Made by a program: the position numbers and the translations under genes. Shown here in pieces: positions 27,065 through 40,056 of a DNA stretch of 64,000 nt (position 1 is the stretch's first letter; each line of letters opens with the position of its first letter). Source of the stretch: Intoshia linei (lineage: Eukaryota > Animalia > Orthonectida); NCBI GenBank assembly GCA_001642005.1, contig LWCA01000021.1, forward strand, positions 1-64,000, written 5' to 3'. The notes beneath the pieces were generated by a model. The model did not search any database, had not been told where the DNA came from, and worked only from the letters and a program-made list of their open reading frames with translations.

Positions 27065-27503
27065 TTCAAGATATTTCTCAAATTTTTTAACAATATGAAT
27101 AAAACAGCCTATTTATTGATTTTATAATATATTAACTTGGTTACATCTTGGTTACCTATTGCACAGCTATTTTGATTTTAAGACAAGAAATATCCGTTTT
27201 ACACCACACGCTATGTCGTAGTATATAATTCACCCAATTCAATACAGGCGTATATGACATAATTGGTAAATTTGAGGTTATTGCGCATTTTTTTTGGTAA
27301 ATCATTTCACTTTGGTTTAAAATTCAGAGTTAATCATCAATACATTATTCGATAAGAGAACATGAAATTTTTCAATTATTCTTGTGATAAAAATAAATTT
27401 TTCATATAATAATACTCCAAATAAATTTGAGCTAGAAACCTAATAATTACAACAATTATAAATAAGAAATATACTTTTAATACAAAATTTACAAATGAAA
27501 AGA

Positions 27504-30500
27504 TTAACTTATTATATTTCTATAATTCATGGTGGCGTAAATATTAGGCATTTCATCAGTTTTGCTCAATTCTTGACCTAAATAATAGTAGAAATGTGTC
27601 AATTTAAATTGAATACGTGTTAAAATGTTGATTGATTTTTGAGTACGTTTTTCCAATTTATCAAGTTTTTTTTTTAAACATTTTTTAATATCCCATGCTT
27701 CATCATTACAAAGTAAATTATCGAAATTAATGTTCTTATTCCAATTTTTTAAAACATTATCAAAATACTGTACATCGTACATATCAAAGTCCAACACCTC
27801 AGAGTAAACTAAATATACAATTATTAACCATTTTAATCACAACTAAATTATATATATATATTATATACGCATACGATGGATATGGTCCGGTATATATAGT
27901 CTCCGTGTCCAATGGACACTGTCCATACATCTCCAACATTCCGAAATGTTAAAAATTTTAATTTTAAAAACTCCCGATATAGATGATTGTCAAAAAATGT
28001 TTCAAGTGGACACTTCATTTGAATATTCTCATAAATTTTTATTATACAGTCGGATCTCGGTCTGTGGCATCATTTTTTGCAAAGTGTCCGAAAAGTAGAA
28101 GTTTTAGTAAATTATTTCAATATGTTGATAGTCAAAATCTCATTTAACGAAAATATTAGAAATGTGCTGCTGCACACATGTCTTAAATTTATCAAAATTA
28201 TATTTAATATGAACAAATAATTAAACTTTTTATTATAATATCTTACATCATAATTTATTATAATTTTATATATATAAAAAGATTCTATGAATTCTTAAAA
28301 GAGACGATCTAATATTTAAAGCCATAACAATATTTAAAAAAATAAAATAATATTGAATTTACGCGTTCGTTAATCAAAAATTCGTTAAATACCAGATATT
28401 TAGGCATTTATATAGAAAATAAAATTTCGACATTCGTNTTCGTTAATCAAAAATTCGTTAAATACCAGATATTTAGGCGTTTATATAGAAAATAAAATTT
28501 CGACGTTCGTTAAATGAGATTTAGACTGTATTATGTTTGTTGGTATTACAGTTCAATCCGATTTACGGTGGTATTTTCAGCGAAAGTCCGTAAATCAAAA
28601 TTTAAATAAAAATTATTTGACTAATATTGTAATAATCTCAGGTTTATTATGTTGTTTTTCCAAATTTTAAAAAACAGAAAATTAACCATAAAATTAAATG
28701 TACCAATATTTTTGCAATTAAAATTGCATGCATTTCATTTTTGAAAAATACTAAATAAATAATCCAACAAAATTAAATGAATTAAATTATTATCAAATTA
28801 AATATAGAAAATATACACGTATAACCAATACAAAATTTCAATAATTTAGAAATTTTATATTTTAAGTCATTTTTTATCTTTCAAAATACAGTATTAGAAA
28901 TTTCAAATTTTGTTTGATAAGTTGGTGGCACAATATTCTTGAAATAATAAATATAATGTAATCATTATAAAAATTATATTTACAAAAATTTTTAAAGACC
29001 AACGCATTATTTTAACATATATTGCTGACCTTGTTATAAATACTATAAAATGAATATAATACATAAAAACTACCCTAAAACGGGGTTGGGATATACAAAT
29101 AAATAAGTATATCAATTATAATTTAATTTTTTTAAAAAAGGTTTTTGAAGGTCTTTTCTCGATTATAAGAAGTCTGCTTATATTCGTCAGTAGAAGGAAA
29201 TGCTTATAATTAAAAACAAGCAGACTTGTAAGCAGACCTTAAAAAATATAAAAAATACACTAAGTTTTTTTCTAATTAGTACAAACTTATCAATTAGACA
29301 TTCTATTGTATGAAGGAAGTTATTTTTTAAAAATAAATTGATATGTTGTCCATTTCTTGTTTAAAGTTCTTTCTTTCGAATACAAACAGAAACTGCGTAT
29401 AATCAAATTTTAATTAGTTATAAATTTCACTGAAAATATGTATTTCAGGGGTATGTTTATAATCGAGAAAAGACAGTAGGGTTAACACTCGTTAACAATG
29501 TAAACGTTAATAAAAGTGATACCATTCTTCAAAGAAAGGTTTTCCATAACACAAGCTTGCAATTTTAAACATTTAGGTTTATAATTTCGAAATTTTATTT
29601 TTCTAAAAATGTACATAAAAATAATAAATACATACATTGTAGTCTGATTTCAATTTTACTAGTAAAATTCATCAGGTTTATGGATACGGTGATTTAGAGA
29701 TTGTCACATAAATTTATCTGCCAGAAATACAAAAATTGGAAATAAAAATTAGAATCTGGGATAGTGAAATATTATTATAAAAATGGAATCTCGAAAAAAG
29801 GTTACAAAAATTAAAATAGATTATGGCAGGGGTTATCAACGTGGCTATATCGGCCAATTTTGACAATTATTTAATACTGGGACGATTTATTTTCAGAATA
29901 AACTCATTTTTAAATTGATATAATTTTCTTACATTTAATTTATTATAATTGTATACATTACATTAAACGTATAAAACTACAAGTTGTATTGTCAAGCATT
30001 TTTTGCTTGTTTTTAATAATTAAAGAGTCCATGATAAATGTTTTTGGAAGGGGCGATGGCTCAAAAAAGGTTGACTATCCCAGATTATATTATAAGTTTG
30101 ATCAACGTGACACATGTGATTCTAGGGGCTAACCATCTTAAATCATAAATATTTAAAAATCTAACCTTATCAACTTTTAATTAACTAATTAAACTATTTA
30201 ACATATAAAATATTAATTTTTTAACTTTTTCTTACATAATTATAATACACGCACAACTGAATCAAATCAAACCAAATCGCAGTGTTAGAGTTATAATGTT
30301 CTATTTGACTTTTTGACAAATATGATGTTTTTGATGAAAAATGTTGTAAATCATATTCGGTCACACTAAACAGTGAATCACAATAAAAAAATTTATAAAT
30401 ACATGTATATTTATAAAATGTAGTGAATTTCAGTGAATCTTAGTTAATCACAGTTAAAAAATTTCTAAATAGTGAATCACGGTGAATCAACTAAAATCCC

Positions 30501-32183
30501 AAATCATGAATCACAGTTGATCAAAGAGATTTACCAAATCACAGTAAATATTTTAATGAAAATTTTCATTCAGTATTTGCCAGGGCATTGAAAAATTATA
30601 TTATTCTATGAAATTAATTTTTTTACTGTGATTCACTGTTTAGTGAGACCCAATCATATCTTTTACATTTTACCAAAAAAATTAAGCTTGAAAACGTATT
30701 ATTGTATGATATAACGAACATTTACTGGTTCAATTACTAAATCTCGACTTAATAATTCCTTACAAAATTATCAAATTTCTATTAAAAATAACCTCACAGA
30801 TTCTAAAAAGAAAGATATTAAAATTATGTTAATCAAAATGGACAATGAGTAAAGAATTTTATCATTTATACATATAAATTGATAAAAATGTTAAATGTTA
30901 ACAGTTTCTATAGAATAATATTCTATTTGCAATTTTTTCAAATCAAATAGTTAGACAGATTGTTCCATTAGTAAAATTTAAGTTCTGAAAAACCCTTATA
31001 TTTTTATTTTTATCGTACAAAACTTTTCAATATACTTTAACAAATATTAGCAAACTAAATTGTATAATTAAATTTCAATATAAAAATATTTTAGGTAATA
31101 TAGTACTTTTAAACGAGTTATTATTATTGCAACATAATTTAATAGTTACAGCGTCTATAGTTATAATGTTAGCGTCTAAATTAATAGAAGTAGAATTTAT
31201 TTTATCTAAACATAACGTTATTTTTTATAAAACTAACTTTTAATTTATTGAATTAACCGTTAATTTAACACTGCCTCAACAAAGCTTGATTAACCTGAGC
31301 TGGTCGTCCCCTTATTCTTTTGACATTCAATGGGAGAGCTTTCGACTCTAGAGGTACAATACACCCATCAATTCTTAATCGTATTTCTATACAGATAGAA
31401 TGTTTACACATTTAATTTTTACCCCAAAAGGGACATGTACGTCGTACACTTCGAAAACTTCCAATTTTCACGATCCAGCGATATTTTCCAAACAGAATTT
31501 AAACGTTTTCTCATATTATAAAAATTTTCAAAACTGTTTAATTCATTTTGTTTTTGTACCCATTGATACGCATCTGTCCAGTTTTTAGTACTTAATGTCG
31601 GGTCTGTCACATACAATTTTGGATTTGGATTGGAAGAATTTCGAGAAACTGACCATGTATGTATAAAATTTACTTAAAAATGCTAATACACAAAAAACGG
31701 CTTATGAGAAATGTTGATTTGTGGTGATGCACAGAAATTTATAAATTGATTCAAACGTTTCAAATATTAAAATTAGATGACACAATAATTATATTACACG
31801 CTTAAGTATTAAATTAGACGACCACAGTACTTATTAAATAATGTTAAATTAATTAAATTATGCGTTATAAATATTAAATTAGACGCTGAAACTATTAAAG
31901 TAGTCGGTGCATTAAATAGTATCCCTTTTAAACTTTAAATTCGATTTATGCAAAACTATGTTTATGCAAATAGAACATTATAACTAACACTGCGAAATAA
32001 AGTCTTTAAATTAATTTCAATAACATACCCCACAAATAAATTAGCTGGTTTTTTATCGGTTTCTTTTTCCGTATCATCCTCAATTTCCGGTTTAATTTGA
32101 ATTATATCTTTGTCTTGTGCATTTTCTTTCATTTGCGGGCTTTCTACTTTCATATTATTTAATTCATCCGCTTTTTCGACCAT
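27504..32183 (-). CDS. CCDC12: CCDC12/Cwf18 spliceosomal protein, divergent
   Basis: Exons 32183-32029, 29602-29523 (KIKFRNYKP), 27808-27617 (WDIKKCLKKKLDKLEKRTQKSI) and 27577-27504, with compatible phases. FRNY.P and WD.K....KL.KL..RTQ are Cwf18 hallmarks. The link to exon 1 is inferred from phase. Confidence 0.8.
28046..28530. mobile_element. TA-flanked MITE (Tc1/mariner/pogo-type) with an internal duplication across an N
   Basis: TA|CAGTCGGATCTC ... GAGATTTAGACTG|TA. A ~73-bp duplication lies either side of the n at 28438. Confidence 0.6.
29827..30083. mobile_element. hAT MITE
   Basis: CAGGGGTTATCAAC ... GGGGCGATGGCTCAAAAAAGGTTGACTATCCCAG; flanks ATTATGG/ATTATAT. Confidence 0.65.
30358..30651. 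mobile_element. MULE-like MITE with internal GTGAATCAC repeats
   Basis: TIRs CGGTCACACTAAACAGTGAATCACA / TGTGATTCACTGTTTAGTGAGACCC; 9-bp flanks AATCATATT/AATCATATC. Confidence 0.75.
31115..31924 (-). mobile_element. Mutator-like element relic with a SWIM zinc-finger transposase C-terminus
   Basis: Perfect 9-bp TSD CTTTTAAAC. Imperfect TIRs contain TTTAATAGTT(A/T)CAGCGTCTA. Frameshifted ..ENWKFSKCT../..MCKHSICIEIRL..KRIRGRP..ALLRQ at about 31670-31265. Confidence 0.8.
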
Positions 32184-33744
32184 AATAAATAGATATAAAT
32201 TTTATAATAATAATATAACTTTATTAATTTCATGTGTTATTTGTATTCGTGGAGAAATGTTTTTTACTTTATTTTTGAAAAATAAAAGATAAAGTCTTGG
32301 ATTATTTAAAAAAGTCTTAATCAATAGAGACTTTCCAATTAACACCATATGTATATTATCTATTTCATACGCATTAGTTACAAATATATAAATGTTAACA
32401 AATGTGAAATTTTACTACGCGCATATTTAATATCAATCCTACAATTTCCAAAAAAATGAGGATTGAAACTTATATATTTGAAATACAGAAATCTGAGTTT
32501 CAGTTTCATAAGTTGATTTTATCTATTTTTACCTGATTTCTACGCATTGGCAAAAATTTAGCTGAAAATATAAATGTAATTATAATAAATTCTCGTTTTA
32601 GACTAAAATTTAGTACAAACCGATTTTAAATTTTTTGAAAATGAATACATGTGTATTTAAGAATGAAAAATTGCATAAAAGAGAAAAAAAATCTAAAGGA
32701 ATGAATTTATAAGATTTCCACCCATATCTCTTTATTCAAAATGTGTAGACGTTCAATGCACATTTTTTTTAAAGATACATACTTTTTCATGTATAGTACT
32801 AATCCAAACATTTGAAAAATTTTGGTTGATAATGTATTAAAAATTATTTTTCACTTGTAATGCATAGATTTCTGGAGTTGAAATTTTGTATTTATATCAA
32901 GAGAATTTATATCACGCGAATAAGCTGTATCAGATATATAATAATCTTTTTTTAATAATAAAAAATAATTTTTTTTTAATTGTAGGACCGTTAATTATTT
33001 CAAATTTATTGTTTTAATCTCGATTTTAATTAATTTTAAAATAATTTCGAAAAAAATGAATACTAAAGTAGTTTTTTGATCGTGAATGCGTCAGTTTGTC
33101 AGATTGAAATTTTTTGTCTGTTAACTGGATATAACCATAATATAGTGGTCATGTTTCGAGCGAGACTGTAGTAATATTTGATATTACAAATTCTTACTGA
33201 AATTAGTACTGAAATAATGACATAAAATTTAAAATCAAAAAAATTCAATCGAAATGTCTGATATACATTTTGTCGAATTTTAATTTAGTTAAAATAAAAA
33301 AAAATCAATTTTATTTTTTATTTATACTAACTCGAAGATATTGACATTTCAGTTGGGTACAATATAGCCAAATACATTTTGACACAATTAGTTTGTAGAA
33401 TTCTTTAGTTTAATATCAATTATTTACATACAAATTATAAAATAACTAAATATCCTGATCAATCTAGATTTAATCTATGTATTATGTATATAGATCTGAT
33501 CGATAGGCTTTTAGTGCAGATCAGTGTTTATCAACTTATTGGAAAAAAGTTTTTCAGTACAAAATAAATCTGATGTAACTGGCTAATAAGTGAAATGGTA
33601 TAAAACTCGATTACAATTTTTCGGTGGGCGGTGGTTCATAACACTGGTCCATTTGTAATATAAAAATGATATTAACAAAGTTTTTATAGTTTCGTTGTTT
33701 AGTTTCTTATTTATATTTGAATGTTAATAAAAATTTTGTGAAAA

Positions 33745-34367
33745 TGAAAATTTAAAAATTGCGAAGGAATGAATTATATAGATTTTCACCCATATGTTTT
33801 TATTGGAAATATGTAGACGTACAATGCACATTTTTTGAAAATTGTAGGATCAATATTTACATTTTCAATTTTTAATATTTCAATTTTTTGTTTTAAAAAA
33901 ATATTTCGGAAAAAAATATATGAATACTAAAATGCTTTTTTGACCGTGAAGTCGTCACTTATTCGGATTGAAATTTTCTGTGTGTGTTAACAGGATACAA
34001 CTGTAAAACTTGTAAATTTTTTGAAATTTTAAGGCTGTTTTCATTAAAAAAAGAAAGGTAATTTGTGGTTTTGGCCCTGAAGATATAATTTTTTTAAATT
34101 TAAATTTATGGTAGTGTTTATGATTTTAAAATTCGTATCAGCGTATATATTTTTTTAAATTTTCCAACTCGTTTGATTTTCAAAAAGAGGGACAACTGGG
34201 GTTTTTGACCCGTAAGATGTGGAATTGGGAGGTTGAAATTTATTTATTACACGTCCCGAAAAAAAATGTAATTAAAATGTGGTCTTTAAAAAATTCTAAG
34301 ACGGGTAGTTATTTAAATAAAGCATAACACACACAAACAAAAATCGCGTAGCATATTATAATTAGGA
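33745..34367 (-). mobile_element. Family C Helitron-like repeat, longest copy
   Basis: Matches 61-521, 32680-33130 and 36320-36580. Confidence 0.6.
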
Positions 34368-35741
34368 TATTTACATATTACACACCATTTACATTTTTGT
34401 AGTTAGATTTGCATTTTTAAATTTACATTGAAAATTAGTTCTATACCTTGAAATACATATTGTACTACATTTTTGTTAAGAAAATTAAAAATTTGTCTAT
34501 TTTTCGATAAAGATTTCGCAGATTGCAATAAATTCTCTTATACCCTTTGTAAGATCCACTAATCTACTTTAATTCAATTGAGAAATGTACTATAACTAAC
34601 CGAACTGATTCCACATCTTGTCTTTTCACTTCTTCGTATCTAATCCAGGTGTGTGATACCCTTACAATTTCTACAGTTTACAGTTTTTTAACCAAAAAAA
34701 TTGTTCTAACTGTGAAATTTTTTTTAAAACATGTTTTCGTTTTGAGTAACTTGTGGACCTAAGTTGAAAAAACTGCTTTAAGAATTTATTATTTTAGTTT
34801 TAAAGAATATATGAAATTTATTTGCCCCCATTTTCATAATAAATTTTATATTTACAACTGTTAATAAAACAAACAATATAGCATAAAGCAAACATTCTCA
34901 AATAGAATTTTTCAAAATGGTTTATTTCCCATTGTATTAATGTTAAAATAAATATATCGATAAAGGTAATTTATAATACAGGGTATTTAAACTAGATATC
35001 ATTGTCCGTAAACAATTTGGATGATTTATCAAATTTTGTTTATATACGGTATTTTAATTAATGTTGGAATGTTATCTCTAACATGTAATGTTTTAACATG
35101 TTTATTTTTTAATTTATATTTTGTTAAGTTTTAAAAGTGATTTGTCACTTATACATGACCTTAAGTTAAGACTATGTAGCATTTAAGCAGTTTTTAATGG
35201 TGTCATTAAACACACAATACATGAAAATGTGTGCAATATTTGATGTAAATTGAGGAATGTAAACAGATAGTATTCTAATAGTTTCTTTGGCTAATTTTTT
35301 GAAATGTCAAGATTCTAGATGGATCAATGTAACCGTGAGATCAAAGCAACGTTCTGGATAAAAGAGGTAGTAAATTTGAAACGTACATCAATGTTGACAT
35401 AAGTTTGATTAAAGGCAAATATTTTCAATTTTATTTTTTATATATATATTTTTTATCAAAAAAGAGTTTTCTTCGTTTAGAATTCGAATATGAATATAAA
35501 ATCTTGACAATTATTCTTTCGTAATTAAAACACAATACATAATAATTGATAATTATTGTCGCTGAATTTACCATTAAATAACTGTTGGTTTTCAACACTT
35601 CTATATATGTACCGAAAATTGAGTTATTTATAAGGTTTAATACTTAAAGAAGGATAGAGAAACCGCTGCCGACTCAAGATTTTAGAAAATTGTGTTAAAT
35701 ATTGATTAATAAATAATTAAAATCTATATTTTTGTTTATAA

Positions 35742-37030
35742 TAGTGGTTCCCGATTAAAATAGTGTACGGACCTAATTTCAAAATATTTATATTTTTGAC
35801 CCCAAAGGCAACATTCAATAAAAAACATTTATGAAAAAATTAAAGGTTTTTCTCTTAAGATTTGTTAAAATCGTGTTTTTCGATAAAATTTTGGAGAAAG
35901 AGAATTTTTTGATTATGGTTTAAAATTCCAATTGAATTTTTTATTTCGGGTTTTAAACTAGAAGTTGTTGCTCATAAGATTTGGTAAAATCTGATTATTC
36001 AAAAAAATATTGGAAAAAGAGGATATTTCCCTTAAGCGTTAGTATAATTGCATTTTTATTTTAAGGTTGGAATAAGAGGTTTTGTCTCATTAAATTTGGT
36101 AAAGTCGTGTTTTTCAAAAAAATATTGGAAAGAGAGGATTTTGTATTTTTGATGGTTGATTAAGTCGATTTTTCCCTGAGATTTTTTATTTGGTTTTATT
36201 TATTAAATGGTATTTTTTATGGTGTGATAAAATAGCATTTTTGAAATAATAATGTAGCGGTCGTCTAGAATTTTAAACTTTAACGTTAAATTTTAAACAA
36301 AATTTTTTGATAATCAAAAATTGCGTAGCAATGAAAAAAATTCCGGAGGAATAAATTATATAGATTTTCACCCCTATTTCCGTATTGGAAATTTGTAGAC
36401 GTACAATGCACTTTTTTTTGAAATTGTAGGATCAATATTTACATTTTCAATTTTTATTTTAATTAAAATATTTGAAAAATATTGGTTGATAATAAATTAA
36501 ACATTATTTTTCACCTGGAATGCGTCCATTTCTAATGTTAAAATTTTGTATTTATATCAACTGGAATAAGCTCTATCAGACTAATTTTTTATTTAAAATC
36601 AATTTAAAATCAAAGATTATTATAAATTGCAAACCCACAAAAAATTATTTTCACGATCAAAACAACAGATTACTCTTTTTTTAAAAAATGAAAACAGTCC
36701 TAGAATTTAAAAAAAATTACAGCTGATACAGATATATCTAGTTAATTCACACAAAAAATTTCAATCTGACAGTGACTCATTCGCGATCAAAAAAGCACTT
36801 TAGTGTTCATTTTTTTATTTCTAACTATTTTATTAATACAAAAAAATTGAAATAATTAACGGTCCTACTAATTAAAAAAATATATTCTGATACAGCTTAT
36901 TCCAGTTGATTTAAATACAAAATTTTACCCCAATCTACGCATTCCCGCTGAAAAATAACTTTTCAAATTTTTGGGTTAAAATTAAAAATTAAAAATGTAA
37001 ATATTCATCCTACAAATGTGCATTGAAAGT
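35742..37030. repeat. Composite repeat cluster: family B with ~120-bp tandem subrepeats, then two family C copies in inverted orientation
   Basis: Three units of TAAGATTTGGTAAAATCGTGTTTTTC..TTGGA..GAGGAT at ~35845, 35965 and 36078. TGTAGGATCAATATTTACATTTT at ~36425 is mirrored at ~37000. Confidence 0.7.
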
Positions 37031-40000
37031 CGCAATCAAGGTTGTGTTTGTAAATGGTAATTTTTATAAGTATCAATCATTATGAATGTTATTGTGTCAA
37101 ACTTTGTTTCATGTTGCGGTAGGAGAGCAATAATTTATACAGATATTTTAATGATGCATATGTAACACTATTGTCTGTGTGATACATCGACATAAAGTAA
37201 GATAATATAAATAATTATAACCTAACCACATGACCTATATTATATGCGACTTAAGATTAACCACGCCCGTTATTGTGACCATAAAACTATTATATTCTTT
37301 CCACATTGCCTTGAGCGGTAATTTTAATTAATGTTATTACTTGTTTTTTATATAAATTTGATACATTTACATTACACGTATATTTCCATACATTTTAAAA
37401 ATTGTTATTAAATTTGCTAATTGTTAATAATGTCTAGTTTATAGTTTTTTATTAACTTTTTTGTTGTAAGAATTGTAAATGAATTTTGTTAAAAAAATTT
37501 TCTCAAACTTTTTTTAATTCTCAAGTTATGAAATACAGATATGTAACGAGTTACTTACAATATTAATTAAAAATTAATTTTACATTTTTTTTTGGTTAGA
37601 ATAAATGATAAAAATAAATATCCATGAATTAAATATTACAATAAAGTGACCGTCTGAGAATTAATCAAGTGGATAAATTGTATATAATATGTTGTCACAT
37701 TATCATTTAAATTGAAAATAATCGACTTGAATACAATTCGCATGAGACAAAATAAATCTTTGTTATAATGGCCAACAATTCCATGTTAATCTGACTTGCT
37801 ATTATATATCGTAAATTGTAAATTGCTATACATGTGTAATTATTGCAATTATATTGATTAAAGTTGAGTCATAATAATTTACAAAAAAGTTATAATTAAA
37901 ATTTTTAAGATTGGAATTCAAGTGTTCATTTAATTTTGTTTGAAATTAGAGAAATTAGTCAGTGACATGATACATCTGCGAAGAATATTAATTTTTTGAT
38001 TATCAGTTAGTTTTTATAGCCGGCTGTTTCATTGTAGTCAACTTTTACATTTTCGCACGCTAACTCGTATAAATCAGGTGGTAGTTGTCGCGCCGTGAAT
38101 TTAAAAATTAATTTAAACATACGTGTATAAAATTTCTGTTTTAATGTTCATTGACAATATACATAATTCGACGGCGCAGCCTGACCGCGGTTCATAGATA
38201 TCACCCAAAATTTAACAACATAAAACATTTTATTTTCATTATACATATTTTGATGAGACTGCCACGCGTGTGAGAGGTGGTATTGTAGACCTAATAAAAA
38301 ATTGCTTATGCACAAAAACATTGGAAACTAAATTTCACATTTAAAGCTGCATCTCAAAAGCAATTTTCATATTTTCACATTTTCAAATTTAAAAATTTCC
38401 AATTACCAAAATATCAAATGAAATTTCATTAAAGTTAACAGGTTTTTAATTTTGTATAAGATTATCCATAAGTAAAGATCATGTGATCACTGGTAAGTGA
38501 ATCTTATTTGAAGGTGTTATAAATGTCAAAATCCTTACTTATATAAAATGTAATATTTGTTTATCTATTTATTACGTTTCCGCAAAAACTGATAATCGCA
38601 CTAATCGTAAAAATAACAAATGTAGGATGTGTCATTTACAGTATAAGTCAGGGTCTCATTTTGAGTTGCAAGTTTCAATTAAATGCGACTAATAAATTGA
38701 CACACAAAATTCACATAATATTATCAAAGTTTGACCTTTTGGATAACTATTTTGTCATCACAGACTTTGAAAAATAAGTTTCCGACACCAATCTATCTAA
38801 TACAATAATACACCATTATTATTTCATAATTGTGATCCATAGTTGCTTTAATTTCAAAACGATTGAATTAAATTATTATTATTTGAATTGAAATTGAATT
38901 ATTATTAGTTGATATAAACGAAACCAAACACAAATACTTTATATAATATTTAGCGATATTTGTGATCTCAAGTTAAAAATAAATTGAAAAGAACTGTTTC
39001 TGAATCAAAAAATGTATATACAAATTTATGAGTATCGGGATTTGCTACCCAGCATGGATGGCATGATTTTAGTTAGAAAGCTTATTAAAAATATTTATTT
39101 CACTATTTAATCCCATATGACTGATTTTCTAATTGGGAGTATGGTAAGAATTGCGGCACATTTCATACTTGTGAAAATTAAGGTCGCAGATTTTATGACT
39201 GAATTAGGGTGGATGAAATGGGAAAAATATAATATTATTAACAATACTGTTTGTAATATAAAATTAATTATTATTGTATTGAGCTTGGCTTCCATTAGAA
39301 ATTCAGTTGAAATCATCTCAAATAAATCAATCATAATTGTATAAAAAATAAATGAATTTTTAAGTGGCTAATTTAATAATATTAAATCAAGAGAAACAAT
39401 TTGTAAGTTATTTAACTTAATTAAGTATAAATAAAAATTTGCAGCCCTACGTTTTTAAATCCCGAAAATGTATATTTTTATTTTCTAGTGGTCCCTCGGG
39501 CATATGTTTAACGTTGGAAACTCTGATTTAGCCAACTCATAATTAGTGTTGAATAGTCTATTGTAGAGATACAATTAGAACCGGAAATATATCAAATATT
39601 GGCAGATGTAATTTCACTTGTAAATTACATAAAACCTAAACATTACCATCAAATATGGTTGAAGATCTGTTTAATGAAAGTTTTGTTTTGGTGTTTTCAT
39701 TTTTTAATATTTATATCCGTAACTTAATTAATTTATATAATTTATTTAAACTTTGAATTTAAACAGTAAAAACTAAGTGTTCGTAAAAACGAACATTGCC
39801 CGTTAAGGTAGAGTTTATTTTTCAAAATACAATTTTATTATTTTTATGTTGGAAATGCATGAAATGAGTCATAATTATAAACCGGTCTGTTTTCTGTGTC
39901 CGGGCTTAGAGGGAAAATTATTTTAGCAGGGTTTTATGGAAATTGTAAAGATTTTAAAAAGGTTTAAAGGTGCGGGAACAATAAAATAACTTTTATTTAA

Positions 40001-40056
40001 TTTTAATTTAGTTTTAAAACAATGTCTTTCAACCACATCTATCTTGAAATTACCAT

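Noticed and set aside
28365-28511. 73-bp tandem duplication
   Set aside because: It straddles the single n at 28438, so it is most likely an unmerged contig overlap.
30370-30545. GTGAATCAC repeats as a CRISPR-like array
   Set aside because: Spacing is irregular and the repeats lie inside TIRs with a 9-bp TSD, so they are subterminal transposon motifs.
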